From contig CAWJTV010000041.1 in NCBI GenBank assembly GCA_963845755.1, forward strand, positions 512,001 through 576,000: a stretch of DNA of 64,000 nucleotides, written 5' to 3'. The translations under genes were made by a program, and so were the position numbers. Positions 31,282 through 42,615 of the stretch are shown piece after piece (the stretch's first letter is position 1; each line of letters opens with the position of its first letter). This DNA is from an uncultured Planctomycetota bacterium (lineage in GTDB: Bacteria; Planctomycetota; Planctomycetia; Isosphaerales; Isosphaeraceae). The notes beneath the pieces are model-generated. The model did no database searches, was not told where the DNA came from, and was given only the letters and a program-made list of their open reading frames with translations.

Positions 31282-33264
31282 AAGGCGGCTCCGCTCGAAC
31301 GCACTCGTTTGGGGAGACAGAGTCCCGCTTCGATGACCATGGCTACGAGCATGGCGGTCAGGAACATCCGCCAGATTTCCTGGATGAGGGAGCTCATGCT
31401 GCCGGCGCGGTCGTCGACGCGGGCGAAGTCGAGCCCGCGGAAGAGGTCATCCACGCGCCGATCGGCCAGGACCGCGGCCGATTCTTCCGCGGCTGATCGG
31501 TTCACGGCGAGCAGCCGGTCGCTCGAGGCATAGACGCCGCGATGGGCGGCGAATTCGGTCGAGATCCCTTCCTCGCCGCCGGCCACGCGCTCCCAATGAA
31601 CGGGATCCTCCCGCAATGGCTCGCCGGCTGTGAGTTGTCGCGTGCTGCCCAGGGCCGAGGCGCCGGCGGCCATCGCTCGCTGCACCAGGACATACAGGAC
31701 CACGCCGTTGGCCGCCATCGAGGAATCGCCGCTCGCCGCCGTCGTGGCGCAGAAATACGTGCCACCGCCGTCGGTCGTCGCCCGCGCCAGCAGCGGGGCA
31801 CCGCCCCGCAAGGTGGCCAGCGCCGTCAGCTCGCCGCCCGAGAGCCCGCACGCGCGCCGGACCTGGATCTGCCCGACCGGCAGCGGGGCACCGCTTTGGG
31901 TGTGGGAGAGCAGGTCCTGGTCGCCCCGCCAGCCTTCGACGGGAGCCTCCGCCTTCACCTCCTGCCAAGACGTCCACTTCACGCCGGAAACTTCGCCCTT
32001 GCCCGTGCGCGGGGCGGGAAGAAGATCGCCGATCCACCGCGGCGGAGGAACGCCGCGATCGGCTCGCCCGCGGAGCCTTCCGGCAGCGGCGCCTGCCACA
32101 GGACCAGGGCGATCTGGTCCCAGTCCACGCCCGCGAGTTGCTCGGGCGCGAGCACCTCCGCCGTGCACGGGACGGCCGGGTCCGGCGCGATGGCCGCGGC
32201 CAGTTGGAGTGGTCGCGCCGCCGCCGGGTCCTCGGTCACCACGATCGCCTTCCGCGCCACCGGCTGCTCGAAGACGAACCAGAAGTCGTTATCCGACGGG
32301 TTGGCGTCCGCCGGGATCGACACCCGGCCCCAGCCCCGATCCTTGCCTTTTTCCAGCGGGATGCGGTGGTCCTCCAGCTTGCTCTCGGTGCCGGTCAGGT
32401 CGACGGCCACCTCGGAGCGGGCGCCGTCGATCTCGAACTGGACCGGCACCGTCTCCTTCGGCGCGTCCTCCGCCCCCTCGTGCGCAGCCGCAAAGAGACG
32501 AGCAGCTCGGCGCCGTCGGTCGTCTTCCGGCGGCGGATGTCGGTCACCCGCACCGACAGGTTGCGCGACGGAGCCTGGGGATAAGCCAGCAGGTGGAAGC
32601 GCACGCCCTGGGGAAACTCCTGGAAGGCGTCCCGCAGCGCCTGCCATCGGCCGCTTTCGGGGTTCCAGTCGTTGGCCCGGGTATCGGAGCAGATCCAGAT
32701 CTCGGTCCGACCGGACTTATTCGCTTTGATGTAGTCCCGCGCCGCCTGCAACATCCCCGGGATATCGGCCGAGGCGCTGACCGGACCGGTGCTCGGCAGC
32801 CGCGGCAGATCGGCGATCGACTCCAGCTCGCGCGGCTTGCTCGAGGCACTGTCGATCAGCACCCACCGCGCCGAGCCGAGGGTCGCGAGCGTCCGCGACA
32901 ATTGCGACAAGCCCGTTACGAGCTTGGATCCGCCCGTGCCGGCGCCAGTCTGCTGCATGCTGGGCGACCGGTTGACCAGCAGGATCGTCGTGTCAGCCTG
33001 GCCGCCGCCGGCCAGGCCCAGCCAGCCGCCGGCCAGCGGCCGGCTGATCGCGAAGATCATCCCGGCGATCGCCAGCATCCGGACCGCCATGATCAACCAT
33101 TGCCGGATCCGGGCATAGCCGCGCGACATCCGGTTGGCCGCCAGCAGGAACATCATCGCCGCCCATCGGACCGTCTGGTACCGCCGTTGATTGATCAGGT
33201 GGATGATGATCGGCAGCGCCACCAGCGGCAGCGCCAGCAGCAGCATCGGCTGGAGGAAGCTCAT
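31278..33264 (-). CDS. BatA domain-containing protein (two frameshifts, near 32480 and 32000)
   Basis: N-terminal MSFLQP..LPIIIHLINQRR..WAAMMFL BatA signature; continues through ORFs 31979..32647 and 31278..32168. Confidence 0.82.
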
Positions 33265-34172
33265 CGGACCCCCTTCGGACGCGTCCGCCCCACCAGGAAC
33301 CGGATCAGGAGCTGCTCATAAGACTCGTCGATGGAAACCCGGTGGTAATCGACGGCCGACTCGAGCACGACCTGATGCAACGCCTCGAAATAACCCCCCA
33401 GCGCCTTGTGATAGCGCTCGGCAATCTCGTTGGGCTCGGCGAAGATCGCCGGGCCTCCCTCCATGTCGAGGAACCGCATGGGCCGGCGGAACTCGAATTT
33501 CACTTCCTGCGGGTCGAGGAGATGGAACACGGCCGTGTCGTGCTTGCGGAACCGCAGGTGCTGGAAGCACGAACGCAACGGCTCGGGCTCGACGAACATA
33601 TCCGAGAGGATGATGATCAGCGCGCGCTGACGCACGGTCTCGGCCAGCTCGTGCAGTACCGAGACGAGCTGGGTCTCGCCGTGCGGCTTCGCCTGCTCCA
33701 GCACGTCGAAGACGGCCATCAAGTGCGAGGGATTCCGCCGTGGGAGGATGTTGCGCACGATCCCATTGGCGACGCAGGTCAAGCCGACCGCGTCCCCCTG
33801 TTGCAGCGCCAGGTGACCGATGGCTCCGGCGATCCGCCGGGCGTAATCCATCTTCGTAATGCCCACCGTGCCGAAGTCCATCGAGCCGCTGGTATCCAGC
33901 ACCAGGCAGCATCGCAGGTTCGTGTCGGCCTCGAACTCCTTGATGAAGAACCGGTCCGACCGCCCGTAGGCCCGCCAGTCCAGCCGGCGCAGATCGTCGC
34001 CCGGTACGTACTTGCGGTACTCGGCGAACTCCACGCTCGAGCCGCGGTGCGGGCTGGGGTGCCGGCCCGAGACCGACCCCATCATCGGGCGCCGCGCGAA
34101 CAGCGGAAAGTTCGACAGGCGCGCCAGCACCGCCGTATCCAGAAAGCTTCGTGTCTGTCGCTCGGGAAACAT
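33261..34172 (-). CDS. DUF58 domain-containing protein
   Basis: GSSVEFAEYRKYVPGDDLRRLDW, LDTSGSM, IILSD. Confidence 0.93.
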   Translation of the reverse strand: MFPERQTRSFLDTAVLARLSNFPLFARRPMMGSVSGRHPSPHRGSSVEFAEYRKYVPGDDLRRLDWRAYGRSDRFFIKEFEADTNLRCCLVLDTSGSMDFGTVGITKMDYARRIAGAIGHLALQQGDAVGLTCVANGIVRNILPRRNPSHLMAVFDVLEQAKPHGETQLVSVLHELAETVRQRALIIILSDMFVEPEPLRSCFQHLRFRKHDTAVFHLLDPQEVKFEFRRPMRFLDMEGGPAIFAEPNEIAERYHKALGGYFEALHQVVLESAVDYHRVSIDESYEQLLIRFLVGRTRPKGVR

Positions 34173-34174
34173 CT

Positions 34175-34274
34175 TGAGTGTTGAGTGGCAAGTGACAAGT
34201 GGCAAGTGACATGCGACAATTGGTTAGCGGCGGAATGGCCGGATTACGTTCTTGCCACTAACCACTTGCCACTA
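34175..34274. repeat. Inverted heptamer tandem repeat (CAAGTGR / YCACTTG), same family as 24..93
   Basis: tgagtgg caagtga caagtgg caagtga ... cttgccacta accacttgccacta filling the moxR-DUF58 spacer. Confidence 0.8.
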
Positions 34275-35291
34275 CTCCGTCTCCTCCACCAGGCGCCGGA
34301 CGATCTTCTTGGCGTCGATGCCCTCGGCCTGGGCGGCGAAGGTCGTGATGATGCGGTGCGTGAGCACGGGTGCGGCGGCCTCCTGGACGTCCTCGAGCCG
34401 CGCCATGTAGCTGCCGAGCAGCGCCGCGCGGGCCTTGGCGCCCAGGATGAGGTACTGCACGGCGCGCGGGCCTGCCCCCCAGGAGACCAGGGGCTTGAGC
34501 CACGCCGGGGCCGAGGACCCTTGCGGGCGGGTCTTGCGCACCAGGCGGGCCGCGAAGGAGTAAATGTGGTCCGGCACCGGGACCCGGCGCACCAGGCTCT
34601 GATGCCGGAGGATCACCTCCGGAGTCATCAGGTGGTCCAGGGTCGGCAGCGCCTCGCCGGTTGTGGTGCGCGCGATCTGGATCTCCTCGGCTTCCGAGGG
34701 ATAATCCAGCTCGACCAGGAACATGAACCGGTCGAGCTGGGCCTCGGGGAGCGGATAGGTCCCTTCCTGCTCGATCGGGTTCTGGGTCGCCAGCACCAGG
34801 AACGGGGCTTCCAGGTGGAAGACCTTCCCCATCACGGTCACGTTGTATTCCTGCATGGCCTCCAGCAAGGCCGCCTGGGTCTTCGGCGGGGCGCGATTGA
34901 TCTCGTCGGCCAGGACGATGTTGGCGAAGACCGGCCCGTGCACGAACTCGAATTCCCGACGGCCCTGGGCCGAATCCTGGAGGATATCGGTCCCGGTGAT
35001 GTCCATCGGCATCAGGTCCGGCGTGAACGAGATGCGGCTGAACTTCAGCGACATGGTCTCGGCCAGCTTGTTGACCATCAAGGTCTTGGCCAGGCCCGGC
35101 ACACCCATCAGGAGCGCATGACCGCGCGCAAAGAGGCAGATGGCCAGCCGCTCGATGGTGTCCTTCTGGCCCACGATCACCCGTCCCAGCTCCTTCTTGA
35201 GCTGGGCGTAGGAATCCCGCAAATGGTCGATCGCCTGCACGTCGTTTTCGCTGAGCCGATCCTGGGCCGGCACGTCCTCGCGCTGCGACAT
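34272..35291 (-). CDS. moxR: MoxR family AAA+ ATPase
   Basis: GVPGLAKT, FTPDLMPMDITG, LADEINRAPPKTQAALLEAM, ATQNPIEQEGTYPLPEAQLDRF. Confidence 0.95.
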   Translation of the reverse strand: MSQREDVPAQDRLSENDVQAIDHLRDSYAQLKKELGRVIVGQKDTIERLAICLFARGHALLMGVPGLAKTLMVNKLAETMSLKFSRISFTPDLMPMDITGTDILQDSAQGRREFEFVHGPVFANIVLADEINRAPPKTQAALLEAMQEYNVTVMGKVFHLEAPFLVLATQNPIEQEGTYPLPEAQLDRFMFLVELDYPSEAEEIQIARTTTGEALPTLDHLMTPEVILRHQSLVRRVPVPDHIYSFAARLVRKTRPQGSSAPAWLKPLVSWGAGPRAVQYLILGAKARAALLGSYMARLEDVQEAAAPVLTHRIITTFAAQAEGIDAKKIVRRLVEETE

Positions 35292-35626
35292 GAAAGAATT
35301 CCAGTAGGGATGAGACGGTGGATCAACGCCCGATCGGTGCAACGAGTCCCCACGTCCTGGGTGGGTGTTCTCCGCCAGAGATTCCTGGGCGGCGGATCGA
35401 CGCCCTGGAGGCGAAACGCCCAGGCTCTGACGTTCGTCAATCTTAGCCGTGCCTGGCCGCCAGAGGAAGAGGCTTGAACGAAATCTCTCGGTGAGTCCGC
35501 GCTTGATCGGCGGTGTCGGGTCGGGCCACAATGGCCAGCCATGGGACCAGGTCGAATCCAATGGGAAACCAGGGCCACGGCGTCTCCGGCGGCGGAATGC
35601 CCCGGATTCGCGCCGTGACGATTGCC

Positions 35627-36253
35627 ATGAAAGTGCTGGTCATCGGGGCAACGGGAGGCACCGGCCGCCATGCCGTGCGCATGCTCCTGGAGCGCGGCCA
35701 TGACGTGACCGTCTGGGTGCGCAAGCCGTCGGCGGTCGCTACGGCGAGCGATCGGCTGAGGGTCCTCCCCGGCGAGGCGCGCGATGTCGCGTCGATCGAA
35801 CGGGCCGTGGACGGTCAGGACGCGGTACTGGTCGCCTTCGGTGCGCGATCGCTCAAGAAGGACGATGTGCAAGAAGTGTTCATGCGGCACCTGCTCGCGG
35901 CGATGAAGAAGCACGGAGTCCGGCGGCTCGTCAACCTCTCGGCGTGGGGGTTGAACAATGACCGGGCCGTCACCTCCTCGCGGTTCTTCGAGTATTTCTT
36001 CCGTCCCGTCGTCCTCCGCCATGTCTGGGCCGACAAGCAGCGCGCCGAGGCGCTCTTGACGGCCAGCGGCCTCGATTATGTCAACGTGCAGCCGGGCCGC
36101 CTGCTGAACGCCCCCGCTCGTGGAGGTCTCCGCACATCGCTCGACGGCCGCGGCCTCCGACCGTCGATGACGCGGGAAGACCTCGCGGCCTTCATGGTCG
36201 ATCAGCTCGAGAACGATCAGTGGCTGCGGCAATCCGTCATAGTGGGTTATTGA
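35627..36253 (+). CDS. NAD(P)H-binding oxidoreductase (flavin reductase / biliverdin reductase B-like)
   Basis: MKVLVIGATGGTG, SGLDY..VQPG, TREDLAAF. Confidence 0.88.
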   Translation: MKVLVIGATGGTGRHAVRMLLERGHDVTVWVRKPSAVATASDRLRVLPGEARDVASIERAVDGQDAVLVAFGARSLKKDDVQEVFMRHLLAAMKKHGVRRLVNLSAWGLNNDRAVTSSRFFEYFFRPVVLRHVWADKQRAEALLTASGLDYVNVQPGRLLNAPARGGLRTSLDGRGLRPSMTREDLAAFMVDQLENDQWLRQSVIVGY

Positions 36254-36509
36254 TCGCGGCTGTGATCGGAGGATGTGAATTTCCGGGCTGGCAAGCCGAG
36301 ACCCATCCTCGAACTCATCCGGGATCCCGCCAACCGTCCAGCGCTCCTGGACTCACGCTCTGGTTGACCACCACCAGACAATCCGTGCGGGACCATTGTG
36401 TCCTGGCGAGTCGCATCATTCTCGCACTCCGGGAATCGTCGCCTCCGACGAGGGCACCTCCTTTACAATAGCGGTGCGTTCGGATTCCCGATTCGGAGGG
36501 GCTCTCGCG

Positions 36510-39437
36510 ATGACTCGCACACGATCTACCGACGGTTGGTCCGGTCAGCTAGGCAGGCTCTACAGTCTGGGCAGGGTCGGCGAGTTGACCGATGGACAAC
36601 TTCTGACGCGATTTCTGGGCCGCGACGATCCCGCGGCGTCCGAAGCGGCGTTCGCTGTCCTGGTCGAGCGCCATGGAGCGATGGTATTACGCGTCTGCCA
36701 GGGGATCCTCGGCAACCCGCACGACGCCCAGGACGCGTTCCAGGCCACCTTCCTGTTGCTGGTCCGTAAAGCGGGATCGATTCGAAGCCGTGAGTCGGTC
36801 GCGGAATGGCTATTCAGTATCGCGCGGCGGGTCGCCAATCGGGCGCGCGGTGAGGCCATTCGACGACGTCATCGCTTCGAGGACTTTCAAGCGGAAAGAC
36901 GTGGCTTGCAGGAAGGCGAGGCGGCAGTGATACCTGAGCGTCAGCCGGACTACGGCCCGTTGATGGCCGAGGTCGACCGTTTACCCGAGCGGTTCCGTGC
37001 CCCGGTCGTGTTGCACTACTTCGGGGGTCTGAGCGCGGAAGCCACGGCGCAACGGCTGGGCTGTGCTCGTGGCACCGTACTGTCACGCCTTTCCCGGGCT
37101 CGAAAGCGGATCAAGGCGCGGCTTGAGCAGCACGGGGTGACGTTCACGCCGCTGATCCCCGCTGTGGACGGACTGACCGGCTGGATTCCGCCCGCTCCGG
37201 TGCCGGCCTGGCTGGCACAGACGACCGTCCGCGCCGCCAGCTCGCTGGCCCTGGCCGGCGCGGCGATCGAGAGCGTTGTTCCGGCGACGGTCGTCGCGCT
37301 GTCGCGCGGCGTCGCACGGACGCTGATGCTCGCGAGAGTCCGCGCGATGGCCGCCCTGATGCTCATGGTCGTGGCTGGGGTGTCGATCGGGTTGGCCGCG
37401 ACCTACACGCCCACCGACGAGCCCCGGCGTGCCGCCACGGGACCCAGCACAGCCAACCCGTCTCGCGGCACGATCGCCAGGAGCCAGGCCGTTCAGGCTG
37501 AGGACAAAGTCCAGGGTACTCGGCTCGTCTTCCGCGGCCGGGTGCTCGATCCCGACGGCAAGCCGGTTGCCGGGGCGCCGTTGCTGCTGGGTCTTCCAGT
37601 CGCGGGCCCAGGTGTGTTGCAACCTCCTCAGCAATTGGGAACCAGCGGCGCGGACGGCCATTTCCAGGTCTCGATTGCTCGCGAGAAGATTTACCGAGTG
37701 GGCAGTGAGGCTCTCTATGTCCCCGTGATCGCCGCACTCGCCCCGGGCTTTGGGCCGGATTGGGCCGCGATCGCCCCCAAGACGGCCGGCGCCGAGATCA
37801 CCTTACGACTCCGCCGCGACGACGTGCCGATCGAGGGCCGCGTCATCGGCCTGGAGGGCCAGCCCGTTCGTGACCTGACCGTAACAGTCGGCTCCATCGC
37901 TCAGTTTCCCCCTAAACTGCTGGAGAAGCTGCGAGAGAACGCGGGCAAGATAAATCCCGAGCTCTGGGGCGAGATGCGCGATGGCATCATGCTGGGGAAG
38001 GATGGGCCCATTCCCTCCGTGCGGACCGGACCGGACGGCCGCTTTCGCCTGGCGGGGGTCGGTCGAGACCGGGCGGTGACCCTGTTGATCGAGGGTCCTT
38101 CGATCGAGCAATCGTTTGCGATGGTGCTCACCTCAGCCGACCCCGCGTATCGGCCGCTCCTCCTGCCCGCCGGCGGCGCGGGCGAGCAGCGATTGGAGCG
38201 GCCCCGCTTCGATCTGAGCGTCGCCCCGGGCCGCAGCATCCAGGGTGTGGTCATCGACTTCGACACCCGCAAGCCCATCGCCGGGGCCAAGATCCACTCC
38301 TGGGTCGTCGGCTCGACCACAACCGACGCTCAGGGCAAGTTCCGCATCGGAGGACAGCCGATAGGCCGCGAGAATCGCCTGTCGGTCGAGGTCGTCGGCC
38401 AGCCTTACATCAAGGTCGTCAAGTCGGTCTCGGATCCTTCCGGGGTGGGACCGATCGCTGTCGAGATCACCCTCAAGCGCGGGAGGTGGGTCGAGGGGAA
38501 GGTGAAGAATCGGGCGAACGGAAGCCCGGTCAAAGCGGTCGTCCGGTATTACCCCTTTCGCGACAATCCGCATGTCCAGGAATGCACCGACGGCTCGTTC
38601 CTGAATAACAATGTCTCGGACGAAGTGGACTTCCCCACCGACGCCACAGGCCGCTTCCGCGCCGTGGCCTTGCCCGGTCGCGGTGCGCTCATCGTCTGGG
38701 CCTCCGAGCCTGGCTACGTGTCCGGACGGAAGAGCGACCCCGCCTTGACGGGAAAGGTCTTGAATTATGTTGGGAGATTCCAGTCCCCGATGCATCAGTA
38801 CCAGGCGGCACTCGTCCCGATCGACGTTCCCGCTGATGGCAACCTGACCGTACCCGACGTCGCCCTCGCGCCCGCACGCCCGCAGCATCTCCGGATGATC
38901 GGCCCCGACGGTCAGCCGGTCCCGGGGACGAAGGTCGTTTGTCACCAGCGCCAACCCTTCGCCGATGAGTCGCTGCCCGGCTCCGAGTGCACCTTCATCC
39001 ACCAGGATCCCGGAGAGCCCGAGACCCTCGTGGTCCTCCAGGCCGACCGATCGCTTGGGGCGACACTCGAACTCAAGGGCGACGAGGCCGACCCGTTGCG
39101 CGTGGTGCTCGTTCCTACTGGTCGGATCAGCGGGCGGCTCGTCGACACCGAGGGCCGGCCCCGGTCCAACGTCGGGCTCTCGCTCTCCCATCACCTGAAA
39201 ACACGTGGTGGTTCGATCTCCGCCGATCGGTTCGACCCGGTTTCCACCGGACCCGACGGCCGGTTCCAGTTCCAGAACCTCGTGCCGGGCGTCAAGTACA
39301 ACGTGGAAGTCCTCAAGAAGTACGAGCCGAACTTCTCATTCCGCGCCGAAGGGTACTTGCACAAGAACCAGTGGACCGTCAAATCCGGCGAGACTGAGGA
39401 TTGGGGCGATGTACAGGTCCAGGGCTATCGGCCGTGA
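36510..39437 (+). CDS. ECF sigma-70 factor with TM helix and carboxypeptidase-regulatory-like repeats
   Basis: TDGQLLTRF, HDAQDAFQATFLLL, GTVLSRLSRAR; repeated GRVxDxxGxPV...GRF modules. Confidence 0.9.
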   Translation: MTRTRSTDGWSGQLGRLYSLGRVGELTDGQLLTRFLGRDDPAASEAAFAVLVERHGAMVLRVCQGILGNPHDAQDAFQATFLLLVRKAGSIRSRESVAEWLFSIARRVANRARGEAIRRRHRFEDFQAERRGLQEGEAAVIPERQPDYGPLMAEVDRLPERFRAPVVLHYFGGLSAEATAQRLGCARGTVLSRLSRARKRIKARLEQHGVTFTPLIPAVDGLTGWIPPAPVPAWLAQTTVRAASSLALAGAAIESVVPATVVALSRGVARTLMLARVRAMAALMLMVVAGVSIGLAATYTPTDEPRRAATGPSTANPSRGTIARSQAVQAEDKVQGTRLVFRGRVLDPDGKPVAGAPLLLGLPVAGPGVLQPPQQLGTSGADGHFQVSIAREKIYRVGSEALYVPVIAALAPGFGPDWAAIAPKTAGAEITLRLRRDDVPIEGRVIGLEGQPVRDLTVTVGSIAQFPPKLLEKLRENAGKINPELWGEMRDGIMLGKDGPIPSVRTGPDGRFRLAGVGRDRAVTLLIEGPSIEQSFAMVLTSADPAYRPLLLPAGGAGEQRLERPRFDLSVAPGRSIQGVVIDFDTRKPIAGAKIHSWVVGSTTTDAQGKFRIGGQPIGRENRLSVEVVGQPYIKVVKSVSDPSGVGPIAVEITLKRGRWVEGKVKNRANGSPVKAVVRYYPFRDNPHVQECTDGSFLNNNVSDEVDFPTDATGRFRAVALPGRGALIVWASEPGYVSGRKSDPALTGKVLNYVGRFQSPMHQYQAALVPIDVPADGNLTVPDVALAPARPQHLRMIGPDGQPVPGTKVVCHQRQPFADESLPGSECTFIHQDPGEPETLVVLQADRSLGATLELKGDEADPLRVVLVPTGRISGRLVDTEGRPRSNVGLSLSHHLKTRGGSISADRFDPVSTGPDGRFQFQNLVPGVKYNVEVLKKYEPNFSFRAEGYLHKNQWTVKSGETEDWGDVQVQGYRP

Positions 39438-39574
39438 CGAGCGGGCCGGTAGCCAGGCGGCGAGATCGCCAGCGCATTCGATTCTTCCGAATCCGTGAAT
39501 CGCCAAGGGGTGTCGCGGCACTTTATCATGGCGTTTGACGAGAGTCTCCCCGATCCTGACGCAGGACTCGCGCT

Positions 39575-42480
39575 ATGGAAAATGCCCGATCGAGCCCCGA
39601 CCTGGGCAGTCAGCTCGCGGCGATCTACAAGCTGGGTGCGGCCGGGACCTTGACCGATGGCCAGCTCCTGGAACGGTTTCTGGCTCGGACGGATGCGGCG
39701 GCGTCCGAGGCCGCCTTCACCGCTCTGGTCGACCGTCACGGTGCGATGGTCCTGGGCGTCTGCCGGCAGCTCCTGAGCGACCCGAACGACGCCCACGACG
39801 CCTTCCAGGCCACGTTCCTCATTCTGGTGAGCAAGGCCGGCTCGATCCGACGTCGCGAGGCGGTTGGGGGCTGGCTGTTCGGCATCGCGCGGCGGGTTGC
39901 GGCGCGGCGCAGGTCGAGGCCGCGCGGCGCCGCCGTCAGCTTCGGGAACTCTCCGAAAACTCGCCCGTCTCGCGCGTCGATGTCGAGGTCGGGACGGCCT
40001 TCTCCGCCGAGCCCGACTATGGCCCCCTGATCGCCGAGGTCGACCGTCTTCCCGAGCAGCTTCGCTCGCCGGTCGTGCTGCACTACTTCGAGGGCCTGAG
40101 TACCGAGGCCACCGCACAGCGACTGGGCTGCCCACGCGGCACGGTGTTATCGCGGCTCTCGCGGGCACGCAGCCGGATCAAGTCGCGGCTGGAGCGGCAA
40201 GGCGTGTCGTTCTCGGCGTTGATTCCCGCGGGCGAGGGACTGATCCGCTGGATTCCGCCCGCGTCGGTGCCGGCCTGGCTGTTGCAGACCACCGTCCGGT
40301 CCGCCAGGCGCTGGCCCTGGCCAGCGCGGCGATCGAGAACGTGGTCCCCGCGGCAGTCGCCACGCTCTCGCGCGGCGTCGTCCGCACCCTGCTGCTTTCC
40401 AGGATCCGCGCGGCGGCAGCCGTGATCGTTCTGACCGTGGCGGGCGTGTCGATCGGGCTCGCAGCGACGTTCCGCTCCAGCCGACGAGCCCCGACAGGCC
40501 GCCAGGGGACCGGAAATGCCGCGCCCTCAGCGCAGCCAGGCCGCGAAGAACGAGACATCCCGATCTGAGGAGAAAGCCATGGGCGAACGGTTCGAATATG
40601 CGGGACTCGTCCTCGATCCCGAGGGAAAGCCCGTCGCCGGAGCGAACCTGCACCTGACCTATTACGGCGATCGAGAGCAAGCCACACCGATCCGGGCAAC
40701 GAGCGACGTCCAGGGCCGGTTCCGTTTCACGGTGACGAAGCGCGATTTCAACGATACGGACGCGAAAGAGCCGTGGACCTGGTCCAAGGTGGTCGCGAGC
40801 GCCCCGGGATTCGGGCCTGGCTGGGCCGCCCCCGTCAACGAGAACGGGAAGAGGGTTGGCCCGCACGAGTTGTCGATCCGGCTGGCGAGAGACGATGTAC
40901 CCATCGAGGGCCGCATCGTCAACCTGGAGGGCCGCGCGGTTTCCGGCGCGTCGATTCGTCCACGACGCATCCTCGAGCCGGAACGCGGCGACCTCTCGGC
41001 CTGGGCCCTTGCGGCGAAGAACGGCAAGGAGGGTGCCATCAAGTCGGAACAAACCTACCTGACCCACACGATTTCGGCCGAAGGCTCGGGCCTTACCGCG
41101 ACATTCACGTCGGACGCCGAGGGACGGTTCTCGATCCGGGGTATCGGAAGGGAGCGCGTGATCGAGCTGGAGATCGCCGGACCAACGGTCCAGACGAAGC
41201 AGATCTGCGTCCTGACCCGAACCGTCAACCCGTTCCAGGTCAATGCCGGACCAGGCAGCCCGGACTGGGGCATCACCCTTTATTACGGCGCACGCTTTAC
41301 CCACGCCGCGGCACCGACCAAGCCGGTGATCGGCCTCGTCAAGGACAGGGACACGGGCAGGCCCCTGGCTGGCGTGCGAATCGCCTGCAACCGGACGGCC
41401 GAGTTCCCCAACCTCGGTATCCATGGCAGCGAGGCGACCACCGACCGGGATGGACGCTATCGGCTGGTCGGCCTCCCCAAAGGGCATGGCAACCATGTCC
41501 TCGCCATCCCGGCCAAGGGGCAGTTCTATCTCGCCTCGTGGATGGAGGTCCCGGACACGCCAGGTCTCGATCCCGTCGTGCTCGACATCGGACTCAAGCG
41601 CGGGGTCGTGATCGAGGGACGGGTCACGGACAAGGACACCGGCGCACCGCTCAAGGCATTTGTCGAATACAACGCCTTCCGGGACAATCCTCACCTGGCC
41701 GAGGCGCCGGGCTTCGAACGGGCGTTGGTCCATGGTCGATATCAAACCGAGCCCGACGGGAGTTTCCGCATCGTCGGCCTGCCCGGCCGCGGCCTGGTCT
41801 CCGCGGTCTTCCTCGGCAGGAGCGATCAGTACCTGGAGTGGATCGGTTTGGGGGGAATTCCCAGGGAGGTCCCCTTGGTCCCAAATGGCTTGCCGTTGGG
41901 GTTCAACACTTTTTCGGAGATCGAACCGTCGACGTATGCGATGACCGTCCATTGCGATCTCCGGCTCGAACGCGGAATCGCACAAAACCTCCGCGTCGTG
42001 GACCCACAAGGCCAGCCGACTGCGGGCGCACGGATTCACGGCCATATCCACACCAGCGACTGGAGCCAACCTCAAGCGACGGCCGAGTTTCGCGTCGAGG
42101 GCCTGCGCCGCGGCGAGACGCGCCGGCTGCTCGCCCTTCTCGAGGACCGACGGCTCGCGGGCTGGGTCGAGTTTCGCGCCGATGGACAGGAAACCGTCGA
42201 GCTGAAGCTCCAGCCGTGGGCGACGGTCGTCGGCCGTCTGGTGGACGCGGACGGCGACCCACAGCCCCACGTCGATCTCGTTCCGCGTCCACGCTACGAG
42301 GACACCTTCACGACCGATTCCATGGGGCGGTTTCGCATCGAGGGACTCGCACCCGGAGAACCGATCGAGATCTGGGTTTCTCCCATGGTCGGTTTCTTGT
42401 CGGGTAAGATCGTCGAAGGGCGAGTGCTTGCAGTGGGCGAGATCAAAGACCTGGGTGACGTGAAGGAGGCAAGACCCTGA
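39575..42480 (+). CDS. Second ECF sigma-70 fusion paralog (about three frameshifts, 39910-40520)
   Basis: Segments in ORFs 39575..40030, 39535..40425, 39864..40568 and 40516..42480 are collinear with the upstream paralog. Confidence 0.82.
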
Positions 42481-42615
42481 TCTGGGACAAACCAAACCGA
42501 GGCCCTGACCTCTCGTCGGAACGACCGGCTCTGCCGGGCCGCCGGACATATTTTTTTCGGAAAGTTGAGAGAAAACACGTCGAAGCACCCTCTTAATATC
42601 TGGAGGGGAAGACTG

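Noticed and set aside
29031..33264. Programmed frameshifting or pseudogenisation of the BatA and vWA genes
   Set aside because: No clear slippery sites noticed; indels are window-wide and better explained by sequencing error
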